A stretch of DNA of 64,000 bases from Octopus sinensis (Eukaryota). The notes beneath the pieces are model-generated. The model had not been told where the DNA came from, ran no database searches, and saw only the letters and a program-made list of their open reading frames with translations. Where the stretch lies: positions 27,652,001 to 27,716,000 of the forward strand of contig NC_043004.1 in NCBI RefSeq assembly GCF_006345805.1, written 5' to 3'. Both the position numbers and the translations under genes were made by a program. Of the stretch, positions 36,051 through 49,939 are shown piece after piece (within the stretch, counting starts at the first letter, position 1; every line of letters begins with the position of its first letter).

Positions 36051-39033
36051 TCAAATTATTAATGTTTATATTATACCCTACTTTTTAAATAAGCTGTTTC
36101 GTAACCAAAATATCCATATTTACACCTGGTTGTGCCAGGTTTAAAAGATGAACAATTAATTGATATTTTAAACAAATATCACAGTGATTGCCAAAAATTT
36201 GGGCAGATTGATGTTTGTCAGGGGTTCTCAAACTGAGTACCCTTATTTTAAAGGTACCCAACATGAGAAAATGCTGGGGTGTGTGGGATTTGTGAAAAAA
36301 CCCTGGAATTTTAAAGTAATCACACCAAGGTCTTTTGCTGTTCTCAGTCACTTACTGCTATGCACAAAGGTTTTCATCAAAACAAATTTCACACATGATT
36401 GGCCATTGAAAAGGATTTGTGGATGTGTCTCTCTGAAACTGTCTGGAATTTAGATAAATGTTAAAAAGAGTCAAGTTTAATCAATCTCAGTAGAAATGTA
36501 ATGTTAAATAAAAATTAATTTCTTACATAGCTGCAAGGTGAGAAATTTTTGTGGGAAGGAACATTTGGTTATATTCATGCCAATACTTGATTAGTACTTT
36601 AGTTTATTTATTCCACAAAGGGGAAAGACAAATTGACCCTGACAGAATTTGAACTATTTAAATTGAATTAATAACGAATGATAAATACATCTCCTGTCTG
36701 TTCTTTGGTATCCAACTATTTTACACTCTATTCTTCACACAGGGTACACTAGTACTGCTGGAAATATGATGAGATACACCAACACAGACATGACATGGTA
36801 AAGGGGCATGTTAGAAGTTTTAGAATTCCTGTACATTCTGTCGCCTCTCAAATACTATTGTAGTCTATATGATAACTTTACTTGTACACTCAATGTAGCT
36901 TATTCAGTATTGAATATATAAACCTTTTACTGTTCTTGTTTTATCCATTAAGCCACAGATTCAGAGCATGTTTCAGAGGTATTTAAATCAATCACACCAG
37001 CTTTCGTGTGTACAAGTGTTCACCAGGTTATTGCCAAACTAATGTTTAAAACACACACACACTCTCTCTCTCTCTCTCTCACCAGTCACTTAGCAGAATT
37101 ATATGGGGGGGGGATTACACTTTTTAAGTCACATTCACAGCAATGGAATTGCAGGTTTCAAGCTGGCTTGATATGTTCAGATTTTCTCCAGTCAGTCATG
37201 TTTTGTACCAGAGATATCTGGTATTGGTAATGACCTAACTAAAGCACTGCAACAATTAGGTAATTAAGTGTACAGTTTGGTAATTAATTTGTTCCAAATT
37301 TAGAAGTAATGCTTTGTTTTATGGTGACAAAAATGTTAGATTGTTTTAAAATTCACTTGTGTGTGTGTCCATGTTCTGAGTTCAAATTACACCTTTCAGC
37401 ATTCCAAAATTGGTAACATAATGATTAAGGAACTAGTAGTTTAAATAAATTCTAATTAACTACTCTTCAACTTAGTTAATGTATACACCAGTTGTTTTGT
37501 GCCAGATTGCCTTTCCATCACTATATTTCTGGTTTCTCTAACGTCATCCCTTGGCCCACTTTATTTACATCCCATTAGTTCATATTTGTAATTATTCACA
37601 TTGTTTCTGGCTAAAACCTTTTGGAACTGCCCTCCCAATAAATATCTTTGTTAATTGATCAAGTAGGTATGTGTAGACATTTACATTATCAAAAAACTAG
37701 GGCATAATTTGGTTACTGTTTCTTGCTGGTTGTATGACCACATAGAGGCTTTCACATTAACTCTTTGTGCTCATTGTTATTGTTCCTTTTCTACAGCTAG
37801 TTTAGTATAATATATTTGAAAAGTTAAATTTTTGCTCATTTTTCATAATTTGTTTTTCATGTATTCTTTTTAAGACTTTATATCTTGGAGTGTTTTTTTT
37901 TTTAAATATTGGTGTTCATAACATTTATAATGTAAAAATAAATGTAGAAAATTAGTCGTCGTAATATTTTATCTGCAAAGAACTTCTCAATGAGACATGT
38001 ATTAAGAATACAGTGTGTTGGCAGATGCAGTGTTTTTATCTGATTTGGTCTCTTCAGTGACAAATACTGCAGACATTCTGAGCTAAACTAAGAGATACTT
38101 GTTTGCATATAGACATCAATAAATAAAACATTGACTGATTTATGTGAAAGCTAACCAAGGTTGAATTAAATTAATCTATGCACTTGAATTAAAATACTGG
38201 TGTGTATAATATTTATGTGTATACGAATGTTGAACAGAACTGTCTGTGATATTTTGTCTTGATGAAAGTTCTCGAAGAGACTTAAGTGTTAAAAACACAG
38301 CTTCACTCATAATTCCAGTGGATTGCTAGATATGGTATTTTAACCTGAGTTAGTCTCTTTAGTGATGAATTTCTTGCATTCTCTGAACTAAGCTGGAAAA
38401 AGTATTTTGAATTTTGGTTATCTTTCAGCCAGAACCTTAACAACTTTCCTGTCTTTACTCTGTTGTTATTTTGTATTTCTCACTACTGTTTGTCATATCA
38501 GGTTTTGTTACTAAAAGTGCTTGAGCATCCAGCTAGATTTTTTACAGCATTTAGTTTTGTTTTTTCTGAATATCTTGACAGGCATGAATTTTGATCAGAA
38601 CACATTTGATAACATAATTACCAGTAATATACTAAGGAATTTTCACTTCATTATTCCTTTCTCCTTCACAAAAATGATTTTAAAGAAAAAGTACCTGGTC
38701 TAATATTAACCTTTTAACTATAAATCTGCCAGACATTCTCTCTAGTTCTTTGATACAAAATCTGCTACAGAGCTTAAACTGTTCTTATTTATTTCAAATT
38801 TTCTATAAGAATCTTTTGTTGTGTCCCAAACACTAGCTTCATGTATTAAGAAACTATTATTTTACTAAATCTCACTAATTTCTTGATTATTGAAAATATT
38901 GATTGAAACCCAGGCAATATGACCCTGAAATAGTTAAGAGAGAAATTCTTGTTTATTTTTGTCAATAAAAAAACATACAAACTTTTGTTAATCCAATAAC
39001 CACTGACAAATCTCATTCTGTTTTGCTTTTCAG

Positions 39034-39518
39034 CTGATGAATATTCAATCATTTCAAGCCCGTCCAGTTCCATATCTGTGATTTCATTCAAGAGCTTGAC
39101 TCTAAGAAGAGTGCGTCGGAGCATCAGTGATACGGATACCGATACCACACCATCTTCAAGCACCGTTCAGTCGTTATTTAGTAATACCTCATCATCACAA
39201 ACGACCAAATCTATAAGCAGTTCACAACCACTTCTTACAATAAAGGACACAACAGTTAAATTGGCTCCAACAACAGCAACAATATCTACTGCTAAATCTG
39301 TTCCTATTTCTACAGCAACCTCAAGTTTATCTCCATCAACCGCAACAACTTTGCCTTCAACAGCTGTAACAAATGATAAAGTCACTGATACTTCTACAAA
39401 ACAGTCGACTCATTCTGTTACGGCCAAGTCCACCTCCGCCCCCCCTACTCCAACTACTACTAATACACCAACTACAACCACTCCAGGATTAACTACACCT
39501 TTGATGAAAGTTGTTGAG
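39034..39518 (+). CDS. Internal exon of a host gene: Ser/Thr/Pro-rich mucin-like region preceded by an RVRR proprotein-convertase site (secreted or membrane glycoprotein, identity unknown)
   Basis: Acceptor TTCTGTTTTGCTTTTCAG ends at 39033; stop-free frame xDEYSIISSPSS...LRRVRRSISDTDT...LMKVVE; donor GAG|GTAAGG at 39519; phase 1 in, phase 0 out; no transposon similarity recognised. Confidence 0.8.
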
Positions 39519-39526
39519 GTAAGGAC

Positions 39527-39558
<32 letters not shown>

Positions 39559-39560
<2 letters not shown>

Positions 39561-39960
39561 GGTGGAGAGCTGGCAGAATTGTTGGAATGCCGGGCAAAAT
39601 GCTTAGCGGTATTTCACCCGACTGTACATTCTGAATTCAAATTCCGCTGTGGCTGACTTTGCCTTCCATCCTTTCAGGGTGGATAAAATAAGTACCAGTT
39701 GAAAACTGAGGTTGATGCAAAATTGCTACTCTTGTGGTAAAATTTGAAATCATTAGTGTTATTAATATTATTATTATTATTATTAAGGTGGTGAGCTGAC
39801 AGAACTGTAAGCATGTCAGACAAAATGCTTGGTGGCATTTCTTCCAACTTGGAGTCGTTAAATTAGCTACCAGTCAAGTCGATGTAATTAATTATCCCCC
39901 GCTCCACAAATTCCAGGCCTTGTGCCTATAGCAGAAAGGATGATTATTATTATCAATATT
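39559..39960 (+). mobile_element. Two head-to-tail SINE family 2 copies inside an (ATT)n tract
   Basis: AAGGTGGAGAGCTGGCAGAATTGTT at 39559 and AAGGTGGTGAGCTGACAGAACTGT at 39785, each preceded by (ATT)n. Confidence 0.85.
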
Positions 39961-40384
39961 ATCAAGAATATTAATACGCCAACTTGTTTTTTTATGTTTG
40001 TCCCTGTGGCGTGTGTCACACTTCAAAGGAAGAAGTGAGTGGCAAAATGGGAGGACAGAGAGGAAGTGAGATAGAGAGAGGGAGAGAGAGAGAGAGTGAG
40101 TAAGTGAGAGAGGCAGTGAGTGGTGATGGCGTTTGTTTTGTTTTTAAATTTTTATCATGTTGCAACAAAAGTAGATACATAGATAAAAAGAAAAGTTGAT
40201 AGATAGATACATACACACATTGTTAAATTGAAAGTGGGAGAGAGGAGGGAAGCAGAAGTGAAAGAGATGGTAGATACATAGATCAAAAGAAAAGTTGATA
40301 TATAGATACATAGACATATTGTTAATAACTACAGCAAATATTGGATGTCACTTTCACTTTTCATTACCACACAAGGATAAAATT

Positions 40385-41155
40385 TACTCACAAGTGGCTG
40401 AGTACTCTGCAGACGTGCATACCATAAACATAGTTCTCAGGGAGATTCAGCTTCACACAGAATATGACAAAGCTGGCCCTTTCAGTTGCAGCTAGAACTC
40501 ATTTTGGCCAGCTGAGTGGACTAGAGCAAGATAAACCTTCAAGTGGCTAGAAGAAAATGAAAAAAGATCCTTTATAGGAGCAGGAAAATCTTTTTAGTCA
40601 TTGGTTCTCACAATAGGTGTTAATCCAGTTCTAACAGCGGCATTTGTAGGTCTCACAGACCTGAACGCCAAGCCCTCAGATTAACACTGATGTGCAGGCT
40701 GTTGTTATGAAACTAAGCGTCAGTTGAGGGCAAAGTCACCACACAACGGAATGGCAATAATTTTGTTTTAGCTTTCACTACTTATACTAAACACATGATA
40801 TTTGTGCCTAGTTCATTTCTTACACTCTTTTTTGAAAATGGCACTCCATCAGTTATGACGACGAGGTTCCTGTTTATCTGATCAATAGAACAGTCTGCTC
40901 ATAAAATTAACATGCAAGTGGCTGAGTACTCCACAGACATGCATACCATAAGGTTGTTCTCAGGGAGAGTCAGCCTCACACAGAATGTGACAAGGCTGGC
41001 CTCTTTGAGTTTCAGCTACAACTCATTTTTGCCAATGGTATGGACTGCAGCAAAGTGAAGTAGTGTACTTTGCTCAAGAACAATGTGTGCTGCAGGGAAG
41101 CATACGCATGACTTTATGATCGTGGGCCGAATACTCCTAGCCACTGAGCCATGCA
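40385..41155 (-). mobile_element. CORE-like tRNA SINE copies (partial 40385-40530, longer 40835-41155)
   Basis: Shared CAAGTGGCTGAGTACTC...CAAxGCTGGCC block; tRNA-like head (CCACTGAGCCATGC on +) at the right end. Confidence 0.7.
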
Positions 41156-41644
41156 CCCACACTCTCTTCACTGTAGAGAAAAGGAGTGAAGTGATAGATA
41201 CATTTACAGTGACAATTAGACTGAAATACAATCGATCTTTTCCAGCTTCTTTACTTTTAACAATGGAGAAGAGCGAGCGTTTTTCAGGTGTTTACATTTT
41301 TATTATGGGAGTTCTAGAACGATCGAGTGTTAGTTATCTCTTGTTTCCCCACCACCTCTGGTACTTATTTGCCTTTTTCATAGTTGTTCATGTCTTTTAG
41401 TTGGGTCAGGGGGAAAGACCGTGTTTTTCTTTTTCAGGCTCATTTAACATTTACTCTAGAAACTACAAACAAGCCCCGCTCCCTTCCTCTTTTTTCATAC
41501 AAAAACTCATGCAAATTTTGAATGGGGTACAGCGGTGAAAGAGCCTAGAAAAATGGGTAATACCCTCTACAAAATGGGTGGGGGAGAAAAGTTTGCCAAC
41601 AGGTGGCCACACGAAATTCCACTCTATAGTTTAAAGAGTGCTTT

Positions 41645-41714
41645 CTACTATAGCCTTGGGCCAACCAAAGCCTCATGAGTGAATTTGGTTGACAGAAACT
41701 GAAAGAAGTCTGTC

Positions 41715-41746
<32 letters not shown>

Positions 41747-41955
41747 ATGTTTGTGTCTGTGTTTGTCCCCCACCACCATTGTTTGACAACTGATGTTGGT
41801 GTGTTTGCATCACTGTAACTTAGCTGTTTGGCTGAAGTAACTGATAAAATAAGCACCAAGTGAATAAGTCCAGAGGTCAATTTCTTCAACTAAAGGGTGG
41901 TGCTCCAGCATGGCCACCGTCAAATGACTGACAGAAGTAAGAGAGTAAAAGAATA
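41645..41955 (+). mobile_element. SINE family 1, headless copy
   Basis: Internal (TA)(TG) tract, GGTGCTCCAGCATGGCC..GTCAAATGAC, TAAAAGA tail. Confidence 0.85.
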
Positions 41956-42499
41956 CCAGAAGAACATTTCATACCACACAACCAAGAAGGTTCTTTGAAT
42001 GTGTACAATGTATTTTAAGGGTAAATAGTAGTTCTGTTTATGCTTGTGTAACAGATATTTTGGTTGGATGATATAGTTACCAGTTTTACACTTCTTTCTA
42101 TATTCTGTAGGTGTCACAATATAGAAACATTTCTCATGGTACGAGCACACAATTTATAGATGCTTACATTATTTATGTTTTCTGTGAATTTTTCACAGAT
42201 CCAAGTAGTTATTGTTAATACTCTAGTGCATGCTGATTTACTTAGCAGGTATTTTATCTTAAGATTTGGTGACAAGTTGCCTCAAATCTCAAGAATTTTT
42301 CTTTGGATTGTTGCAGAATATAGGATACTTTGCTGTAATTTGAAAATACGAGTTTCAGTTCCAATTTCTTTTAGTTTCTTAGATAAAATTTTGGGTGTTG
42401 TGTCAAGTGCACCTATTACTACAGGAATAATTGTTGTCTTGATCTTCGATGGCTCTCTAAGGCCTGATATTTCTCAATTTTTTTCAGTTTTTTTTTTTT

Positions 42500-44020
42500 T
42501 GTATTGACCCTGCCAGAACTACAGGAGCTTTAAAGAGAAATACTTCCCAGAGGCAAGGCACGAATCGTCTCCAGAGATGCTCTTCTGATGTTATACAAAA
42601 GGCAGCAGCTGAGCAAGAGTCTTTTTTGTGCATGGTGCAAAAGATTGTGCAGCAGCTGACCTGGCTGCATCAAATGCAAACATGGAACCTTGCCCACCAC
42701 TGTGCAAGACCACCACAATCAACAGACATGAGATGGCCTCCCCTAATGCCAGCACAGCCGTCACACCAATATCTTTACTAAACATTGGAGGTCTGTTGCA
42801 TCACAACAACAAAAGCAAAATCTTTTTCCTGAGAGACCTTGCTGTATGCAATTAAGCCCTATGTATAGCACTCGGGAAAACTCATATTAGGCCTGATATA
42901 GAGGATGCAGAAGTACACGTACCAAAATATACCATACTGCAAACAGACAGAAGGGAAAGGACCCATGGTGGAGTTGCTGTATACATCTTGAGGACCTCAT
43001 GACCCAGGTCCTACTGTCATGCTCAAATTCAGTATGTGACACTCTTACTGTATACATGGGACAATACAATATAGTTATATACAATACATATCATCCACCG
43101 GATGTTCCAAACTACTAAGGCAAGTTTGAAGATTGCCTCACAAGAATTAAAGAAACCCTCATGAAACTGGAACATCACGTGAGTGTGTTTCTTATGGGTG
43201 ATTTCGACCTCCCCAGTGTCAAATGACCCAAGGGCCTCATGCTCTCAGGAATGACTCATTGCAAGCAACCACAGGTGGATTCCTGCTCAACCTCACTAAT
43301 GCCCTATTCATGGAGCAACTTGTGCTCTGACGAACCAGGGCGAATAACAAATTGAATCTCTGCTTCACAAACAATATGGACATTGTTCATAGTGTGAAAG
43401 TGATGTCCACAATGCTTTTGGATCACAACATAATAGAGCTGTCTATATATGAACCAAAAGTAGCCAGAGACATACAGCCTAAAGGAAGCACCCAAAATCT
43501 TTCCAATATGAACTTCCACAAATCGATCCAAAAAGAGATCCTCACACAGGACTGGCTGAAATGTCTCTCCACACTAGACATGGGAAACCATATGCCAGCA
43601 ATATGTCCCAGAGCACAAGGCCAGCAAAAAAAAGGAGCAAGAATCCAAGGGATAGGAAGATCCTCATGAGATGATAGCTGAAGGTTGCAAATCGCTCCAG
43701 CCAATATCCTAAGAATAGTGAAAGGTCCTGCCTAAAAGCAACTCTTATAGAGATTGAAAAAGCCTGAAACAATCCTATGTGAAGGAGAGAGCAGACAAAA
43801 GAGCCTGGGTTATGAAAAACATCAAGTCAAACCCAAAGGCCTTCTTTCATTATACGAAAAAAATAGCCTCAGTTTGCTGCAAAATATGACCCCACTTCCA
43901 GAAGGATGACTTCCTCACAGATAATCTAACCAGGACCAGTGAGTCACTGAATGACCAGTTCAAAGTGTCTTTACCACCCCACTGGAACACAGACAAATGA
44001 AAGAACCAGTGGGTTTCTTT
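42500..44020 (+). mobile_element. CR1/L2-group LINE 5' half of ORF2 (APE endonuclease and linker), truncated before RT
   Basis: LLNIGGL, DRRERTHGGVAVY, YHPPD, MGDFDLP, LDHNIIEL, KNIKSNPKAFFHY. Confidence 0.88.
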
Positions 44021-44520
44021 CTCTCTCACACGTACACATGTCCATTTCATATACACATTCATACATCTTTCATTTTAAAACAAAACTAAATAAATATTAA
44101 AATTTTTACAGAAATTAATCAACAAAACTAGCTGATCTGGATGACAATTCTGAGAGTCAAAGCAAAAGGTTGCCCCAAAGGAATACCATTATAAAAAATT
44201 TTTCGAGTGCATTCAACGTATCTCAGCTCCAAAGATTTGGCTGCTATTTCTAGCACACCCAGCTACCACGTAACAGCTATTTGCGATAAAGGACCCAAAA
44301 TACATGTTACGTTGTAGCAGGACATGCAAGAAATAGCAACCAAATCTTTCCTCTTCTAGGGTAAGGAACTGTTTATGCATGATTTTGATGTCACATTCGA
44401 TGAAAGTGTGCAAAATAACCTGGAAGAGAAAAAAAAACTCACAAAACAAAACTCTGTTGCTGGGAAACTCTGACTTTCCAGGTGACCCAGTGGGTTATGG
44501 GTAGTCTAGTATATATATAT

Positions 44521-44930
44521 ATATTCTCTTTTCTCTTTTACTTGTTTCAGTCATTTGACTGCGGCCATGCTGGAGCACCGCCTTTAATCGAGCAACTCGA
44601 CCCCGGGACTTATTCTTTGTAAGCCCAGTACTTATTCTATCGGTCTCTTTTTTGCCGAACCGCTAAGTGACAGGGACGTAAACACACCAGCATCGGTTGT
44701 CAAGCGATGCTAGGGGGACAAACACAGACACACAAACACACACATATATATATATATACATATATACGACAGGCTTCTTTCAGTTTCCGTCTACTAAATC
44801 CACTCACAAGGCATTGGTCGGCCCGGGGCTATAGCAGAAGACTTGCCCAAGATGCCACACAGTGGGACTGAACCCGGAACCATGTGGTTGGTTAGCAAGC
44901 TACTTACCACACAGCCACTCCTGCGCCTAT
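44521..44930 (-). mobile_element. Full-length, young-looking tRNA-derived SINE family 1
   Basis: Head GGCGCAGGAGTGGCTGTGTGGTAAG (A box), GGTTCAGTCCC (B box), internal microsatellite, (AAAAGAG)n tail; flanked by (TA)n on both sides. Confidence 0.93.
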
Positions 44931-46370
44931 ATATATATATAAAAATAAGCAACAGTTGTCATGCAGAACAACCATTTCAAGCTATCTTCAGCTGCACAAA
45001 TAAATAAATAGAATTTTAACAAGTTGGACACATTAATATAGTTTTTCTCAGATATTTTAACAGAGCAAGAAGATGGTAGAAAGTACTGTTTTTGCTGTTG
45101 TAGCTAAGAAGAAACTACACTTTCAGGAATTGCATTAAAGCCTAGTGGGATCATAGTGTTGTAAGGGATTGTAATTCATTTCTAATTCATTTATCTCTTT
45201 ATCAGCTACTAAATTTAAGACTAGAAAACTGTGTCTATTTTGAATAAAGGACAAGAATGAGTTGATAGCTTATGACTAGGGATGGTCATAAATATTATCA
45301 TATGTATCTCTTTTCCTCAGGGAAGAAATAAGATATTTGGAGTAGTTAGTTGGATATAAATAACTGTCTATAAAAAGAGGCAGAATAAAGGTAGACTTGA
45401 AATCATGATGTTAATTACCAGTTAAAGGAGCAAGATGCTAAGAAACCTAAGACATTAATAGAGAGGAAATTTTATTTTGGAACACTATGGGTGATTGTTT
45501 ATAAACAATATTGTTATCTTGTATAAAAATAAAATTTAAGAATTTCAGAAATGATATCATAACCAAAATAGGTAAAAGGTGTGTATATATCAATCACAAA
45601 CATTAATAAGGAATGATTACATAGAACCAGTTTAATATTCATTCATGTACTTAATTAATTACTTATTAGATAGTTTCTATAAAAACTGCTCAGGGCATTT
45701 ACTTATGGAATAACTGGAAAGATATACATGCTATCTATTAATTTTAAGCCAGAAATCTGAAAAAAGTAAAGATGCATACAAATACACACACATATATATG
45801 CATATATACACATACACAAAGATTTATATGTATATATGGATATAGTATAATCATCTTGCATAGACTTAAGTAACTGAAAAATATCTATTTCAGAACAAGG
45901 AAAATAACAATTTATAAGGGATAAGAGATTAATAAGTAAGGATATCAAAATAAGAAAACAAAATAGTAACAATTCATAGAAAATAATAAGAAATACATAT
46001 AACCTACATATAAAGAAACAGGGGATTAAAATTAGAGGTAAAGAAGAGATAAAGGTAACACAAAAGGAGTAGGTATTAAGTATGGAAGTAGTGAGGGCAG
46101 TTAAAGGTATTCAGACTGAAGAGATTTTATAAGTTGTACTTTTACAGGTGCTATTGTATGTATATAATTTTATAGTTTCTAGGGGGTATATAATTTAGTC
46201 GAAAGGAGACTTGATTAAACTACAAATATACATAATATGATCAGTAGGGTAGAACATCATAGAAAGGAAAATAGTGTAATAACCAAAATAGGATGAAGTC
46301 AGACTAACTAGGGAGGGGTTATCACCGGATAGTATTATATATAGCACACCACATATTTATATATATATTT

Positions 46371-49300
46371 ATCATCATCATCATCATCGTTTAATGTCCT
46401 TTTGCCATGCTAGCATGGGTTGGATGATTTGACTGAGAACTGGCGAACCATATGGCTGCACCAGGCTCCAATCTTGATCTGGCAGAGTTTCTACAGCTGG
46501 ATGCCCTTCCTAACACCAACCACTCCAAGAGTGTAGTGGGTGCTTTTATGTGCCACTAGCACGAGGGCCAGTCAGGCGGTACTGGCAATGGCCATGCCCA
46601 AATGGTGTTTTTTACATGTCATCTGCACAGAAGCCAGCACTGTCAACGACCTCACTTGAATGTTTTTTCATGTGCCACCAGCACAAGTGCCAGTAAGGTG
46701 ACGCTGGTAACGATCACGTTCGGATGGTGCTTTTAGCGCTCCACTAGCATGGATGCCAGTCATGAAATTTGATTTCAATTTCACTTGCCTCAATAGGACT
46801 TTGCAAGCAGAGTTTAATGTTCAATGAATGAAAGGTACGCATGAAGTGGGTTGGCTACACCCCTGGCATAGGCCATGGGGTTATGGTCTCATTTGGCTTG
46901 TCAGGTCTTCTCAAGCACAGCTTATTTCCAAAAGTCTCGGTCACTAGTCATTGCCTCGGTGAGGCCTAATGTTCAAAGGTCATGCTTCACCACCTGATCC
47001 CAGGTCTACCTGGGTCTAACTCTTCCACAGGTTCTCTCAACCGCTAGGGTGTAGCACTTTTTCACACAGCTATCCACATCCATTCTCGCCACATGACCAT
47101 ACCAGTGCAGTCGTGTCCCTTGCACACCACATCTGATGCCTCTTAGGTCCAACTTTTCTCTAAAGGTACTAACACTCTTTCGAGCATTCACACTGACATT
47201 ACACATCCATCGGAGCATCTGGCTTCATTCCTTCATTCCTCAGCAGTCACAGCCCATGCTTCACTGCCATGTAGCATGGCTGCTCATACACATGCATCAT
47301 ACAGTCTGCCTTTTACTCTGAGCAAGAGGCCTTTTGTCACCAGCAGAGGTAAGAGCTCTCTGAACTTTGCCCAGGCTATTCTTACTCTAGCAGCTACACT
47401 TTTAGCGCACCCTCCCCTGCTACTGACTTGGTCACCTAGGTAACGATTGCTATCAAGTACTACTAGTTTTTTTCCCTGGAATGTGGTGGAAGTTGTTCTC
47501 TGCACATTTTCAGTGTTAATTGCTCCTGAGCATCTGCCACATAAAAAAACTATCTTCCCAGTTAGCCCTTACTTTGATATTGCTGCACCTCTTCTGTGTC
47601 CATAGCTTACACTGGGTACATCTTATAGAGTTTCTACCTATGCCTTTTGTACAGGTGGAGCAGGGCCAACTACCTGAAGGGATTTGTGGTTTGCCTGCCT
47701 TCCTACTTATTAGAGACTTTGGTTTTAGCTAGATTGACTCTAAGGCCCTTTGATTCTAATCCTTGTTTCCACACTTGATTTTTCTCCTCTACTTCTGATA
47801 GTGACTCAGCAATTAGAGCAAGGTCGTCAGCATAGAGTAGCTCCCAGGGGCATCCTGTCTTGAATTCCTCCGTTATTGCCTGGAGGACTATGATAAATAG
47901 GAGGGGGCTGAGAACTGAACCCTGGTGGACCCCTACCTCTACCCGGAATTCTTCAATGTACTCGTTGCCAACCTTCACCTTACTGACAGCATCCCTGAAC
48001 ATGGCTTGCACACCTCTCACTAACCATTCATCTATCCCTAGTTTCCTCATTGACCACTAGATAAGGGATTGGAGGACCCTAACAAAAACTTTCTCCATGT
48101 CAACAAAAGCCAGGTACAGAGGTTTATCTTTGGCTAGGTATTTCTCCTGCGACTGTCTTACCAGAAATATAGCATCAGTGGTGCTTTTCCCTGGCAAGAA
48201 ACCAAACTGCATCTCATCTAAACTGACTCTCTCCCTAATTAGTTGGGTTATGACCCACTCCATGACCTTCATTACCTGGTCCAATAGCTTGATACCTCTG
48301 TAATTATTTGTATCTAAAGTGTCACTTTTACCTTTGTTGCAGTTGACTATTGTGCTGCTACACCAGTCATTGGGTATGACACCTTCATGTATCACCTGGT
48401 TAACAATACAGGTGACTAAGATATAACCGACACTGCCAGATATTTTGAGCATCTCTGTAGTGATTCGTGATGGGCAGGGGGCTTTCCCTGTCTTCATACT
48501 CTTAATTGCTTTATCTACCAAGGTACTGTCAACTTGGATAGCTGGTCCCTCTGTTGGGTTGACATTCGGCAGACTCATTTTCTCCCATTCATTGTCTTTA
48601 TTTAGCAACCTTTCATAGTGGCATCTCCAAACCTCTCTCTTTGCAGCTTCATTTAGTGCAAGAGAACCATCATCCATGCGGACAGATTTCTCTCCTACAA
48701 CATCATGATTCTCTCACATACTGTCTTGCAACATGAAATGTGTCAAGACTTTGGTCCTCACGGCACAGAACATTGGCAAATTTTCCTTATCTGCTTCCCC
48801 TCTGGCTAAATAAACTGTCTCCTAGCTCCCCTTCTGGCAGTCTGATACAATTCCATGCTACCATCATTCTTCCAGTCCTTCCAAGCCTGTTTCTTTTCTC
48901 TAATAGCCCTGTCTACAACATTGTTCCACCACCACGTTATTTTGGGTCGAGAGGGGACTTTGCACCATCCACAGATCTGGATTGTGGCCCTCAGCAGGTT
49001 GTCCTATAGAAACCTCCAGTTGTCTTCCACATTGTGTGAAGCTATGTCCCCTTCTATTTCATCAAAGGCTTTGAGTAATATGTCTCTAAATCTCTGTAGA
49101 TTCATAGAATCTTTAAGCCTCCAGACCCTTCTCCTCCATGCTGGTCATCTGGGCATCCACTTGACCCTGATCCTGAAGTCACTAACTACCAGTCTATATT
49201 ATGGGGTTCATTCTTCACCTGAGAAGGTTTTAACATTTATAAGCAGCCATATTTCCCTTTTTCTGGCGAGGTTGTAGTCAATTTGGCTAGAGTGCCTGCC

Positions 49301-49939
49301 AGAACAGTAGGTGACTAGGTGACTGGCAGGTTTCCTGAAGTTAGTATTGCAAACCATAAGATCATTTGCATCGCAGAACTCCAGCAGCCTGGTTCCCTCC
49401 TCGTTCTGGAAACCAAAACCATAGCCATGGAGGCCCCCTGTATGTTGTCCAACATGTCCATTGAAGTCAGCAGCCACAAAGCGTTGTTTGTTAACAAGGT
49501 GGTCTGCAAGAGGGTATCATTGAATCAGTCTTTCTGTCCATTGGGTAGCCCCATCTGAGGGGCATAGTCCAAGATAATGGTTGCTAACCCATGATGAAGC
49601 ACTACTCTAATTGTAAATATTCTGTCGCATACTCTGACTACCTTGATTACCTTATCCACCCATTTTTCCGCAAGAATTATACTCACGTCCCCAACCCCAT
49701 CAGTGTTTCCTGCCCAGAAAATCTTGAACCTGTGTTTTTGCCTGTGAGGAACCTAGTGGAACCTCCTCTCCACCTTACTTTTTGGATGCAGCATATATCG
49801 ACACATCTCCTTTCAAGCATCTCAACAATCTTACAAGACCTACCTTTCAGTGTGCCGACGTTGAGAATGCCAACCCTGAGGTTGTGGGAGGTATGTGCCT
49901 GTGAGACCGTGTGATGGGGGACATCCACTTCATGTACCT
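46371..49939 (-). mobile_element. Near full-length RTE LINE (APE + RT), decayed
   Basis: LNVGTLKG, CCIQKVRW, ADFNGHVG, NYRGIKLL, QFGFLPGKST, FVDMEK, QGSVLSP, LYADDL, 3' UTR units, palindrome, (GAT)n tail. Confidence 0.96.

Noticed and set aside
36223-36300. CAGGGGTTCTCAAACT hAT-like terminal sequence
   Set aside because: No convincing matching second TIR or 8-bp TSD was found
38400-38520. Hydrophobic, signal-peptide-like frames upstream of the mucin exon
   Set aside because: No in-frame ATG or compatible strong donor; T-rich DNA naturally encodes F/L/C-rich peptides
42111-42248. Two candidate small exons downstream of the mucin exon (42111-42138 and 42199-42248) with AG/GT boundaries
   Set aside because: Phase-compatible but very short, with no recognisable protein features; such sites are common in AT-rich introns, so RNA evidence is needed
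44940-46340. Purine-skewed 1.4-kb block suggestive of an ancient LINE
   Set aside because: No diagnostic motif could be read in any frame
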